Part shown: piece after piece, positions 12,111-25,464 of the stretch | How positions within the stretch are numbered: position 1 is the stretch's first letter | How the letters are laid out: every line of letters starts with the position of its first letter | Origin: Octopus bimaculoides | Taxonomy: Eukaryota | Direction: 5' to 3' | Assembly (NCBI RefSeq): GCF_001194135.2 | Contig: NC_068983.1 | Span: forward strand, 23,294,182-23,358,181 | Length of the DNA stretch: 64,000 nt | The notes under the pieces: generated by a model | What the model was told of the DNA's origin: nothing | Seen by the model: the letters and a program-made list of their open reading frames with translations, nothing else | Databases searched by the model: none | Translations under genes and position numbers: made by a program

Positions 12111-14713
12111 ATCATCAGCTGCAGCAGCATTATCAATGTCATCATTGTCCTCATTTAACGTCTGTGTTTTCCATGCTGGGTTGGGTTGCATGGTTTAACA
12201 GAATCCAGCAATTCAGCTCCAGTACCAGTATTGGCATGGTTTCTATGGCTGAATGCCCTTCCTAATGTCAGTGTGTGTTTTGACTGATTACCATGAAGCA
12301 GTCATCTTAGTTTCCACATACAATCTCAAATCAAAACTCCTAACTGCCAACAAGTAGTTACAACAAAGAAACAGTTTCTATACTTATGTTTTTTCTTGTG
12401 TCCTTTCAGCAGTTACAGTCATTGGACCATAGCTAAATCAATGGACCATGATAAGTAAATGTCTTCAAAAGTTTCTAGTCAATTATATGAACTCCAGTAG
12501 AAGCTATGGACTATGTTTTGTGAAACAGGCTTGCATCATGATGTAAGGAGACAAACAAACAGACAAACGAGTACTGGTGTCAGTAGATGGATAATGACAG
12601 AGAAAAACAATATCAAAGATAAAAAGTCTACTAAAAAATAGATTTACATCAACATGTCACACTAAGGGAAGCAGATAGATAATCAGCATAGGTACTACCT
12701 CATGAGCTCTGAACATCCTGTCAGAATAACAAGGTATGGCTACACTCCGAGACAAACACACAAAAAGCCTGTCACTTTGGTTACTATCCACACAGAGAGG
12801 AGAACAGATCACAGGACAATGCTGTTTACAAATTAACCTATGAATGTGGAAATGCAAACAATGGACTGACCAAGTGATAATTGCATGCCAAAATAGCAGA
12901 ACACTTACAACCATGCATCTTCTAGTATAGTAGACCAGCACAACAGTTATGCAAAATGAATAATAAAAAAAATAATAATAAATACATTTAAATAAATAAA
13001 TGAATGAATAAATAAATAAATAAATAAGAAACCCACATATCTCTGTGAGACATCCAAACACTGAAAATTATTGGGTTGAATAAATACAGTTCATTGAGAA
13101 ACAGAAACCAATTTTGAACTGCAGAGGAGAATCAGACATGTAGAAATAGACATTTAGTCCCTGCGAGTTACAAAAGTATGTGATTCCATGTTTCTCTTCT
13201 ATTAATGAGAACACAAATCAATGTCATATGAAGACTTATATATAAATCAAAATTGCTTACAATATAAGCAATAGAACTTATACCAGCAGCAAAGCAGCTT
13301 CCATTCAAAAGTTACTCATCAATTTGTTTATACATTTATCTGTTTGTTTATGCATTCATCCAGTCATACACCAGTCTATATCCCATATACATTTCCCTGA
13401 GTATACAAATATAAAAAGTTACAGTAATGTAGAAGACATGATTTCTCAAAATACAATAGATTACTGGAAGGTTCTAGTCAAAAGCTCAATAAAATGCAAG
13501 CCTAACAGACCAGACATAATGACCTGAGATTGAGGAAAGAAGTTATGCAGAGGAAATCAGTTGCCCAGCTGATGTCAGCATAATGTTAAATGATTAGTGG
13601 AAAAGAAAACATCTAATGAGAATCCTACATTCACTCCACTCAACTTTGAACTTATACCTGTAGTTATAGGGGCACTTGGATATATAACTAACTACCTTAA
13701 CACTAATCTTGAAATGCTAGGCTTTACAAAAGCTAAATGAATATGGCTAATCAGGAAATTACTGTTACAAACCATTAAGAGCACTGTCACAATATGTAAA
13801 ACATTCTAGGTTAGCATTTAATAAATGTATATTCACATGTTTAAATATGCAAACATACATGTGTACACATATGCAATGACATCTATGCTTGCATACATGT
13901 ATACATGTATAATACAATGGAAGTATAAATAGGCAAACAACTGGTGTCAGATTAGATTATGACATTTATATATTTAAACATAATGGTTATTATATAAGGA
14001 TGAAGAAAGTAAGGAGGTGCACAGATAGTTTCTTACAGCTGTTTCAAAAATAGATGCACAGATGGTGCATTTCTCAGTAAACAAACAATAGCTATCCATA
14101 TAAGCAGTGATCTATTCCATCATCAGAGAGAGAATGAGGTAGTTTCTTAGTAGAAGACTTTGATCTACCATCTGTGTAGTAGATCAAAGCTTTCTATCAA
14201 GGATCTATCTCATGCCTTCTCCAATGATGGAATTGATTGCTACTTAAGCTCTCTATTGAAAATATCAGTTATTTGCCTGTTTATATTTCCATTTTATTAT
14301 ACATGTATCTGCTCAATTGATAAACCACCTATAGCCAATCTTTGTTAGGTAGCTATATCTCTGCTTTTAGTTGCAGTTTAAGTTGGAGTCTTTGGTGGCA
14401 AGTCAACTTGAGCACTAATTGTATGTACATATTACATTACATCATCAAACATAATATTACATGAATTTTACATGTAATACATGTAAAATTGCTCATACAT
14501 ATATACAAACATACATGTTTTAATACATACATATGTACTTCATACATATATACATGCATATCTGCATATATATATATACACATACATGCAAGAACATATA
14601 TGCTTTGCTGAATTTGTCTAAATTCCAATGGAAGAGCCTTGTGTCTATTTAGAAGCTGACTCTTTTTCCATTGGTGAAATATTCAAATTATAAAACCATG
14701 TGTATAGACATAC

Positions 14714-14902
14714 CCTATCAAGTAGGAAGTGCACGGCAGCAGCTTGGTTCAGTTGTGCAGCTCTATGAAGTGGTGTCATCTTATGAAGATCAGCCATGGA
14801 AATGGCAGAGGAGAACTTTTCAGGTTGGTATTTTTGCATATATTCTAGAATTTCCACTTTGCCTTGAGATGAAGCACAATGAACTGGAGTAGAGAAATCT
14901 TC
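14714..14902 (-). CDS. TRPA1: TRPA1-like exon 8 (EDFSTPVHCASSQGKVEILEYMQKYQPEKFSSAISMADLHKMTPLHRAAQLNQAAAVHFLLDR)
   Basis: ttttcag acceptor, GTATGT donor, 189 nt, phase 0/0; two ankyrin repeats. Confidence 0.95.
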
Positions 14903-15798
14903 CTGAAAAATATGATTACAATAAATAAGAACCAGCTCTTTTATCAACATCATGTTTTATCTGTTGTTGTCATCATCATCGTCATTGTCATGGTCATTGT
15001 TGTCATCATCATCATTTATGTCCACATTCCATACTGACATGGGTTGAACAGTTCTACAGGATCTGACTTAACCAAAGGGCTGCATTGGTTTCCAGTATTT
15101 GCTTTGGCAAGGTTTTTATGGTTGGATACCTTTCCTGATGCCAATCAGTTTACAGAATGAGCTGAGTACCTTTTTTCATGGTAGACAGTCAAAAATTCAA
15201 TAAAACATTCCTGAGTTCTTTACTAAGCAAAAAAGACATCATCAAGTTTAACTTGTCCATAATGGGTTTAAAACAAGAAAATATAAAATGAAAAAAAAGA
15301 ATAAAAGAAACTTAGTTCTATCTCCTTTTCTCTGTTTTCTTTTCCTTCTTTTTTCTTGTTTTTAACAGTTCTAAGCAAGCAAAACTTGACATCATTTTTG
15401 TCTGGAAGGAATGGAGAATAGCCAACTTAAAGTTTTAAATTTCTACATTTCTGTGAATTTTTCATTTTTCATAACTCTAGTCCTATTTTGAACCTGAGAA
15501 GGACAGATGTACTGTTGATATATTGTTCAATAAACAAAGAATGTCGATTTTTATTGCATCTCACACTCTTCTAATTGACAATTTACCTTAATAAAGAGTT
15601 AAATTAGTCTTCATGGTAGCGTGGTGGCAAAATTGTGAGAATATCAGAAAAAATGCGTTTTGGTATTTCTTCTAACTCATTACGGACTGAGTTCAAATTT
15701 TACCAAGGTCAAGAAAATAAATATTGGTCAAGATATAATCAACTTGCTTGCTTCCTTCAAAATTGCTGACCTTGTACCAAAATTAGAAAGAATTATTA

Positions 15799-16177
15799 TT
15801 ATTGCCTCCATCATAGAGAAGGTGGAGGTATTGTTTTCAGTCACGTTTGGTTGTTTGTTTGTTTGTCCATGGACAAGATATCTCAAGAACTGCTGGATGG
15901 ATTTTCAGATGAAACTTTCAGGGATGTTTGGCCTCATAACTGGCACAAACTGATTAGATTTTGAGATCGATCTGGTACCGGACAGGGATTCTGAATTATT
16001 TTTCTGGTTCTTTTACTTAATTTTTGAGAGCAGTCAGGTTCATTTTTAGTATTCTCGTTTGTGAGAGCAGTCAAGTTTATTTCAGATATTTTCATTTAAA
16101 AAATCATCTCTGGCTAATTGTTGAGAGGACATTGGTGTTGCCTTGGTGGAGGCTTGCACTCTCTGAGTGCTCTTGTT
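15799..16177 (+). mobile_element. Non-autonomous Helentron/DINE-1-like (HINE) element
   Basis: 5' sub-terminal IR cctcca...tggagg, (GTTT)n tract, 3' ccttggtggaggc followed by hairpin gcactc-tct-gagtgc, T-rich ends. Confidence 0.55.
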
Positions 16178-16274
16178 ATCATCATCATCATCATCATCAT
16201 CATGTTTTCTTTGCTCACCTTCTGACACTGGAGATGTGTAACAGTATCAACCATCCACTACCAGTCTGAGGTAT

Positions 16275-16297
16275 TATTATTATTATTGTTATTATAA

Positions 16298-16358
<61 letters not shown>

Positions 16359-16527
16359 GGCGGTGATCTGGCAGAAATTCTTAACGTTATTTCAAATTCC
16401 GCCAAGGTTGACGTTAAAGGATGTTGTATAAAATACCCATGTTTCCAAAGGTGAATTATTCAAACCCCAAAGAATTCCTTGCGACATATGGCTATGATGC
16501 TCCCCATGATTATCATCATCATCATCA

Positions 16528-16575
<48 letters not shown>
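16275..16575. repeat. Two (TAT)n/(CAT)n microsatellite blocks, each followed by a SINE-B head
   Basis: Directly visible. Confidence 0.85.
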
Positions 16576-16576
<1 letters not shown>

Positions 16577-16891
16577 TTTAAGGTGGGGAGCCAGCAGAAT
16601 TGTTAGCACACTGGACAAAATGCTTAGTAGTATTTTGTCCATCTTCACATTCTGAGTTCAAATTCTGCCAAGGTTGACGTTGCCTTTCATCATTTCAAGA
16701 TTGATAAATTAAGTACCAGTGAAACACTGGGGTTGATGTAATCGACTAGTCCACTCCACGCAAATTTCAGGCCTTGTGCCTTTAGTAGAAAGGATGATTG
16801 TTGTTGTTGTTGTTGTTGTTACTATATTTGAATGTCACAAAATTGAATAGAGTATATAAAATACTTCTCTTTTCTTGATTTGTATATTTAC

Positions 16892-16939
16892 CTCTAAGTC
16901 ATCAACTGGACAGCCAGCTTGTAGGAATTTCAAAACCCT
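16892..16939 (-). CDS. TRPA1: TRPA1-like exon 7, 48-nt small exon (RVLKFLQAGCPVDDLE)
   Basis: ttcatttcag acceptor, GTAAAT donor, phase 0/0; exactly fills the 16-residue gap predicted from insect TRPA1 (AVELCLKSGAKISTQQ). Confidence 0.88.
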
Positions 16940-17216
16940 CTGAAATGAAAGAAACATAACAAAAATTATTCTTTTTTTAGTTTCAGTAATTGAACCCTAA
17001 TCTTGTTGGTGCATCTTATTTAACAGTTTCTAGCTGATTATATTAATTTCACTACTGTGTCAACCTCATTGTTATTGGCCCCAAGAGGAGGCAAGTGATT
17101 TGAGTTCATCTAGGCAGGATTTGAACTCAATTACCATAAAGTGTATTGTTTACTGTTCTACTAGTTCTGTCCTTTACACCCTGTCCACACAAATATGTGC
17201 ACGCACACACACACAC

Positions 17217-17270
<54 letters not shown>

Positions 17271-18239
17271 CCATTCACATTTTCTTTATACTTTTGATGT
17301 GCGGAAAAAGAAGTTGGGTCTCCTGATGGACCTTTGCATGGCTTGTTGTCCACTCCTTAGAGTAGACACACTTGGTTTCCTTCCTCAATCAATATCTCAG
17401 AATATCATTTGGTCATATAAAGTAGTCATAAATTAAGTTATCAACATGGTGGCTAACTTAATTTGATTGCTTGTCACTTCCTAAGATCAAAAGGCAGAAA
17501 AGATATGTTAAAAAGATGTTGTTGGGTAATCAACAAACCTGTTTGTGATAAAACCCTACCATTTTCAGTAACATCAAAAACATATTTTAAAAATCTGTAA
17601 ACATGTGCCCTTACCTTTATCTAAGTGAGAAAATGAAAGAAAATGGTATTACTGAGTATTCAATCTACTCTCTACCCACCCCCATTTTAATTTTCGTCTG
17701 AATATATAAAAGAAATAAGTACTGAACTTTCTTTGCAAGGTTAAAAGATGCTTCAAACAGATGAATACTGAGTATTCTTCTCAGGGTTAAAAGATACCAT
17801 CCTTCAAAAATTAATGACTTTCCACAAAGCCCAGCTGAGAGCCATAATGAAGATTACTCTGATATATGTGATGGTGCTGCATGAAGACTGCATTCAGAAA
17901 AGAATCATCTGATTGATTGACATAAAGACAAATGCAAATGCACTCCAGTATCTGATTCACAGGTGTGCTCTCTTTCTCTTTCTCTCTCTCTCCTGTCTGC
18001 CTTCTCTAGTACTACTATAATGGGTGCTGCTCCTCAGAGCTAGGTGGGCTCATATCACCCCTACTCAGGCAGCCTAACCTATTTTTCCCTCAACTTTTCA
18101 TCACCTTTGTGGAGTACAAACCTACCAAGGCTCTGCACTAATCACTACACCCGATCTTTCTGTCCTAGAACATCAGTCCTTTGGTATTCCCTCTGTGCTC
18201 TTTTATTATGGATGAGCAGCTAGAAGAAAACCTCTCCTT

Positions 18240-19005
18240 CAACCAATTAATATCATGAAAAGAAAGAAATGGGCTAAGGAGATGTCAGAAAAATCCAGTT
18301 CATTTTGTATTAGAGTGATTTTCTCAGATGAATCCAGACTTGCATTATTTTCAGACAGTGGACGTGTTTGGGTCTGGAGGTTTCCAATCAAGAATTTGAT
18401 TTGAAACGACTCCAACCAACTGTGAAACATGGCAGTATCTCTGTAATGGTATGGGGAGCTGTCTCCAGCAATGGTCGTTCTGAGCTGATCGAATGTGTTA
18501 GAACCATAAACTCTGAAAAATACATCGAAATACTTAAGCAAGGACTACTTCCGATGTATTCACACGATAATATAATGAAAAATGAGTTTTTATTCATGGA
18601 AGATGGGGCTCCATGCCACACAGCGAAAAGGAATCCACAATGGCTGACTGAAAATGGGATCAAAAAGCTTCTTTGGCCAAGCCAATCTCCTGACATGAAC
18701 CCAATTGAAAATCTTTGGAGCATACAAGATAGAGCTATACGAAAAACTCGATAGAAACCTAAATCTAAAGATGAATTGTTTTGATTGTTGTGCAAAAAGT
18801 GGGCAGAAATTCCACACGAGACAATCACAAAGCTCATCAGTTCAATACCAAAAAGAGTTTCTGAATAAAAAACTGCAAAGGGAATGTCAACTAAATACTA
18901 AAGTATGTAGTCCTGTCTATCGATTACATTTCAATTGTTTGCTTTGCGTATTAAATAAAAGATTTTGAAAATTAACGGTGTCTATTTACTTCCTGCACGT
19001 CTGTG
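18240..19005 (+). mobile_element. Decayed, 5'-truncated Tc1-family (DD34E) transposon
   Basis: [23 protein letters not shown] and [15 protein letters not shown] motifs with 34 residues between D and E; frameshifts; 3' end ...cctgcacgtctgtg followed by TA. Confidence 0.9.
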
Positions 19006-19673
19006 TATATATGTATATATATATATATGTATAAGTATATATTTATCTATATCTACCATCTATCTATTACTATATACATACATGTATATATACACACACA
19101 TACACACACACACACATACACATTTGTACACACACACACACACACATGTGCACAAAACTCTCAGCCTTTGATTCCTTCTGTATCTTCTGCCAATTATTAA
19201 TAATGCATATGTATGTATGCATGTGTATGTGTGTGTACATATGTCTGTCTATCTGTATGTATGTATGTGTGTATCTATGTACGCATACATACATGCATTT
19301 ATGTGTGCATGCATGTAGCTGTGTATGTATTGTTGTTGTAGCTTTGTTACAGTTATAAACTTCACACCCTACTGCAAATGCTGGCCTTTGTCACAAACAT
19401 TCAGTCATAAATATTTTATTCTTTGCGTTGTTTGTTTATACCATGTAATTTGTTGTAATTTTGTAGTCAAATAAATGAATTGGAAAAAAAAAAACAAAAA
19501 CAAAACTGAATTAAATTGTCACTGTGGTTTTGTGCAAGTAAAAAAAAAAAAAAAAAAAAATCCACCCCAAAATCAGCACATGTGTAATCTGAAGCTCGAA
19601 GCATAAACTAAGTCGTTTACTTGCCACATCTTTATAATTAATCAAACCTAATTAATGAACTCTCATTACTTAC

Positions 19674-19771
19674 CTTTTGATCACTGTTACAGATTGCAAC
19701 ACGTAGATTTACATTAGTCTCACTATCCACAATGTTTTTGATGTCACAAGCTGTGTATAATCCAATTGGAG
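19674..19771 (-). CDS. TRPA1: TRPA1-like exon 6 (PIGLYTACDIKNIVDSETNVNLRVAICNSDQK)
   Basis: ttttgcag acceptor, GTAAGT donor, 98 nt, phase 1/0 (the only open frame); aligns to insect FYDSEGNVPLHSAVHGGDIK. Confidence 0.85.
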
Positions 19772-21071
19772 CTGCAAAAGGATAAAACAACTATGTAAGT
19801 GTCATTAAGTGTAATTATTCAAATCTATGTAACTTTAAACTAAGACAGCATCTGAAGGCCAAGTGGTTAGCTGAAAGTTTGGCGGTTCATTTATACTTTG
19901 TCAATGTCATTGTCTTGTATCCATGACCAAAGTAATTAACTGTCAAATGATCCAGTTCACTATACTGAAAATAGGTACAGCTGGCTAGAAACTATTTGTT
20001 GCTTTGAGAAATAGCAATAAATTAACAAAGTCTAGAATTGCTAAATAGTACATTAGCTTACAGAGATAAGTTTTATTCTTCCAGCAGACAATGCTTTGAG
20101 AGGGATAGCTTAAAATACTTTAAATGAAAGTAAAGTTTGTAATATACTCCAACTAACCTATGGATTATAGTGGACGTTCCACTTTAAGCTGTACGAATAT
20201 ACACATGAAAGATTGTACTAAAAGCAAACAAAATATTAGTTAAGCAATCCGAGAGGAATTATGCATTTAAGTGATATTCCACCAGCTCTCTGCCCTCCCT
20301 ATTTAATCATTATTCAACACCACTGCCACTGCCATCACCACAGCCACCACCACCACCACTGTCACCATCATCACCAACATTATCATTTAACATGTTTTCT
20401 ATGCTGGCATGGGTTGTATAGTTTGACAGGATTCAGTGAGCGACAGAGCTCTGTCAAATTCCAATGTTAGCCGAAGCTAACATTGGCATGGTTTCTACAA
20501 TTGGATGCCCTTCCTAATGCCAAATATATAAAATAGAATTAAAGACTGAATGTCAATGAGAGTTTCTTGTCTTGAGTATCAAATAAGTGATGATACAGAA
20601 ATCATCAGGCTTCATATAATACTGCAATGAGTAAAGAACTGTACTGTCTTGACATTATCTTTTATCTTTTACATGTTTCAATCACTGGAATGCAGCCATG
20701 CTGGGGCACCACCTTCAAGAGTTTAGTTGAACAAATCAACTTACTTCTTAATCACATGACCATGTCTATTCCTCTAGTCACATAAAATAAGCCCTGATGG
20801 AAATCTGATGGAATTGATGGAATTAGTTTTACTCTTCACCTACAAAAATTAATTGTACACTTGATCAAAAGAAATCCATGCATTTCTTCTGTTGTCTTGT
20901 TTGTGGTGCCACATAAAAGCACCCAGCACACTCTGTAAAGTGGTTGGTGTTAGGAAGGGCATTCAGCCGTAGAAACTTTGCCAAATCAGATTGGAGTCTG
21001 GTGCAGCTCCCCAGCTCTGGTTAAACCATCCAACATATGCCAGCATGGACAACTGTTGTTAAATGATGATA

Positions 21072-21104
<33 letters not shown>

Positions 21105-21944
21105 GTTAGTCATGGAGGAAAGGGCAATATTTACGACCCTTTATTTTTCAGAGTCCCCATGACTGGTGGTAGGAAGTTTTCCTCAAAACCAGAAATCTGA
21201 CTTGAATGCTTGCAACAAGGCGAGCTCCATTAAAGGCACCCAAAGATCAGTTAGTGCTGTTGAACCAAATGATGGATTACATTAGGTACGATGATGGATA
21301 CATAATGCCATATACCATATAAATTACAGGATATGTATTGTATTATATTGCTTAGTTATTTCTTTCAAAGGATTCTGAGTTCAAATTCTGCCAAGGTCAT
21401 CTTTGCTTTTCATTCTTTTGGGATCAATGAAATAAGTACCAGTTGAGCACTGGGGTCAATCTCTCCTCAAAATTTCAAACCCTGTGCCTATAGTAGAAAG
21501 GATTAATTCTTTCAAAAGTAATAATACACAAGGTCACTGCTTCTCACAGGAAATCCTTGACCATTACGGTTCAGGCCATCATCTGCCCTTAATGAATTGG
21601 ATAATAATTTGTTTGCTTTTTTTTATGAACCAATGTTTAGTGATTACTGATATTTTGATTGGTTAGTCAAGAGGTCCCTTTACTACTGTCTCTGCCAAGT
21701 TAAAATACACTTAGTTTGTTCTGTATAGAGGTTAGTGATAGGAAAGGCATCCAACTATAGAAACCAAGTCAAAAATGAAACATATAAGCACCAGTCTATG
21801 AAGGTAGTGGCTGCCAGTGGGAACTGGCTCATACAGTGATGATTTTTCCAACCTATGCCAGCATGGAAAGCAGATGTGAAACAGATGATGAGGAAAGGTG
21901 ATTAATTATCATAAAAAGAAAAAGAACAAGCAAAACTCTTTTAC

Positions 21945-22053
21945 CGTTCTTTTTCAAGTACTCTAAAGTATTATTGGCTGATTGTTGTGCGGCAAGTTGC
22001 ATTGGGGTAACATCGTTATCATTGGCAATGGAGAAATCTCCTCCACTCTGAAA
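21945..22053 (-). CDS. TRPA1: TRPA1-like exon 5 (FQSGGDFSIANDNDVTPMQLAAQQSANNTLEYLKKN)
   Basis: ctttctcag acceptor (second in-frame AG 6 nt downstream would start the exon at 22047), GTAAAA donor, phase 0/1. Confidence 0.88.
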
Positions 22054-23624
22054 CTGAGAAAGAAAATAAATAAATAAGTAAAAATAACATTCTATTTTTT
22101 AATGTGTGTTAAGAAAAAGGATTGAAAATATTTCATTTTCTATTTGCTTCTTATATCAATTTTCCTATGTCAGCACAGTGAAATGCTTTATGTTCAGTTT
22201 AAAGAGATTCTAAGTCAATATGACATTTTTGGTATTGTTCAGCCCCAGGTCAGTCATGAAGAGGCAGAACTATGACTGAAAATGTTCTAGCTGTGATCAG
22301 GCTGTGGTTTGTGTTTTTATTGTTTTTTTAAAAATTTTTAACTAAATTTCAAACTACATCATCCAGCATGTCCTCTTTCTAAAGGTGTGATGGTGTAATT
22401 TCTGGAGATTTAACTGCTATGTCTAGACAGTAGATTGACCACCTCATTGAATCAATGTCATTCATGTTTAACTCCAAGTCAGCTCTGATTGAGTAAACCT
22501 ATAATAAAGATAAACATTCAAGGTATGATCCCCAATCATTTAATCTAATATTTTTTGGGGTGCAGTGTATCTAGAACAACATTATCTAATATTTTTTCCT
22601 TCTTTTTTTTTTTATATGGTATGTTAATATTTGAGAGTGGTTTAAGGTAGTGAGCTGGTAGAATTGTTAGCATGCCAGGCAAAATACTTAGTGGCATTTT
22701 GTTCTGTTGAGGTCAACTTTGCTTACCATCCTTTCAGGGTTGACAAAATAAGTACAATTGAGCACTGGGGTTGATATAATTTCAGGCCTTGCGCCAAAAT
22801 TTTAGACCTTGCACCAAAATTTGAAATCAATATGTGAGTGTGATTTAGCTGTTATATCTAGCAGGGGAATGAACAACCACATTGAAGCTTCTTTGATCTG
22901 TTGGCTGAAGGCTTGTCAGTTCATTTCATAGCTATAACTAACAGTATCTATAGCTTTACCATAGTAACACTGTAAACATAGCTAAGAGGACATTTCTTGA
23001 CCTAATTACCTTAGCTTGGTATATCAAATATTAATAAAGCAATTAATTACAGTCACAGTTGGATGCTCTTCCTACTTTTTATACTAAATGACTCAACCGT
23101 GAGGTATAAATATTGACTGCTGTTTTCTGACAGACCAAGCTAAACATACTTTGTGTTGTTTTTTTATCCCTTAACTTTTTTGTTGCCAATTTTTAAAAAA
23201 AATACATTGAATATGTTTAAATTAGTATTGAAAATAATGAAAAATTTACTAAAATAACTTTGTCATTTGTCATTAATCTGGTGTTTGGAACATAGCATGA
23301 AATTTTGATGGAAGGTTTAAATGTAGATCACTTTAATAGTGGTGTGTTTATGTGCCCGTAACCTAGCAGTTTGGCAAAAGAGACCGATAGAATAAGTACT
23401 AGGCTTACAAAGAATAAGTCCTGGGGTCGATTTGGTCGACTAAAGGCGGTGCTCCAGCGTGGCCACAGTCAAATGACTGAAACAAGTAAAATAGTAAAAG
23501 AGTACAACTTCTTCAAGCTGCTGTTGTAGCACACAGATTATTTGCAAGTTATTCATTTTGTAGGGGGTTAAGTTCATCTGCGAGTGACTGTTAGAAGATA
23601 GATGGAAGAAAGAAAGAATAAGAG

Positions 23625-23660
23625 TGGGGGACAAACACAGACACACAAACATATACACAC

Positions 23661-23735
<75 letters not shown>

Positions 23736-23878
23736 GCTTCTTTCAGTTTCCGTCTACCAAATCCACTCACAAGGCTTTGGTCGGCCCAAGGCTATAGCAG
23801 AAGGCACTTGCCCAAGGACTGAACCCGGAACCATGTGGTTCGTAAGCAAGCTACTTACCACACAGCCACTTCTATGCC
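23625..23878 (-). mobile_element. SINE family A copy (5' half)
   Basis: Reverse complement of the family head plus internal (TA)n. Confidence 0.8.
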
Positions 23879-24382
23879 TGCAACAGCAGCAGCTTGAAGG
23901 AGTTGTAACTTACATTGTAATGATAAAATAAAGGCCATATCAACTAAGAGTTTTCTTCCTATCATTTATATGATACATATCTTTGTTACAATAGTTATAT
24001 GCTTTGCCCATTTGTATATAGGTACAGGATGGGGGAATTTTCCTCCATCTAATACAAAGAAGGACACAAACTATTTTGCTTACAAGCATAACATGGAGGT
24101 TGTTAAACTCAGACCAGATCTCTTGATTGCGGGTTGTGCATAGAGTCCCTAGCCAAGTGATGTTGAAAAGATTTTTCGCTGAGAATACGTCAACAGAAAG
24201 CAAAACAATCTCTGAGTGCATTGAGCAAAAAAGAAGCTTTTTGCCTCAACAACTTATGATGTCCTTGAACTCCAATCACTTCTTGGGGAAGCTAGAGCCA
24301 ATGCATAGAGGATAAATTGAAGGAAGGACTGGACAATAAACAAAGGACTGGACAGTAAATTGAAAGAGGACTTGGAAAGCAT

Positions 24383-24730
24383 GTGTTGATGGCCTCTACT
24401 CAACAGGGACATGTAGAAGAAGAAGAAGAAGTAGTGTCTTTGTTGTTATCGTTGGTGATGATGATGATGATACTGCTGCTGTTGACGACAGCAATAATAT
24501 TGATGGCAACAATGAAGGCTGTGACAATGACAATGATGACGGTGATGAGGATTACAATGACAATAATAAGGAGGAAGAGGAGGCAGAGGAGGATGCTGAT
24601 GAGGATGATGGTGATGATGATGATGGGGAGAAGAAGGAGGAGAATGATGATGAGGATGACAACAACGACAACAACAGTGATGAATATGACAACAATGATG
24701 ATGATAATGCTGATGATGGTGATTATTTAA
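24383..24730. repeat. Degenerate (GAT)/(GAG)/(ACA) trinucleotide low-complexity tract
   Basis: Directly visible; intronic and close to the exon 4 donor. Confidence 0.85.
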
Positions 24731-24759
24731 GAAATGAAAGCAAAAAAAACATTTCTTAC

Positions 24760-24864
24760 CAGACAAATTACAGCAGCTAAATGATCTTTGTTTACTGAAT
24801 AATGTAAAGCAGTCCAGCTTCGATGACCTTTCAAATTGGGGTCAACATCATATTCCAGTAATGT
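24760..24864 (-). CDS. TRPA1: TRPA1-like exon 4 (TLLEYDVDPNLKGHRSWTALHYSVNKDHLAAVICL)
   Basis: ctttcttcag acceptor, GTAAGA donor, 105 nt, phase 0/0; ankyrin TALH motif. Confidence 0.93.
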
Positions 24865-24913
24865 CTGAAGAAAGAGAAAACAATTGATTTGAGAGAATTA
24901 ATGTAAAAGTATT

Positions 24914-25076
24914 CGCAGGAGTTGCTGTGTGGTAAGTAGCTTGCTTACCAACCACATGGTTCTGGGTTCAGTCCCACTGTGTGGCACCTAGGGCAAGTGT
25001 CTTCTACTATAGCCTCGGGCCGACCAAAGCCTTGTGAGTGGATTTGGTAGAAGGAAACTGAAAGAAGCCCGTCGTA

Positions 25077-25123
<47 letters not shown>

Positions 25124-25330
25124 TTGTGTTTGTCCCCCCAACATCGCTTGACAACCGATGCTGGTGTGTTTATGTCCCTGTAACTTAGTGGTTCGGCAAA
25201 AGAGACCGATAGAATAAGTACTAGGCTTACAAAGAATAAGTCCTGGGGTCGATTTGTTCGACTAAAGGCGGTGCTCCAGCATGGCCACAGTCAAATGACT
25301 GAAACAAGTAAAAGAGTAAAGAGTAAAGAG
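24914..25330 (+). mobile_element. SINE family A, full-length copy
   Basis: Head cgcaggagttgctgtgtggtaag, internal (TA)n, (gagtaaa)n tail. Confidence 0.85.
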
Positions 25331-25464
25331 TATTACTCTCAGAGGTAACTTTACATCTATATCTTACATTTTTAGCCTTACACTTATTTTTCACTTAACA
25401 CGATTCCCATTTAGAACAATTGCAAAGATACTTTCTCTCAGATTTAGTTTTATAAGAATTGGAT

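Noticed and set aside
21152-21285. Plus-strand exon-like segment (ttatttttcag ... TAG|GTACGA)
   Set aside because: Stops in all three frames and no partner exons; an antisense non-coding exon cannot be supported from sequence alone.
24383-24766. Met/His-rich ORFs (115 and 106 aa), and the similar poly-His/Tyr/Thr ORFs elsewhere
   Set aside because: Translations of microsatellites inside TRPA1 introns.
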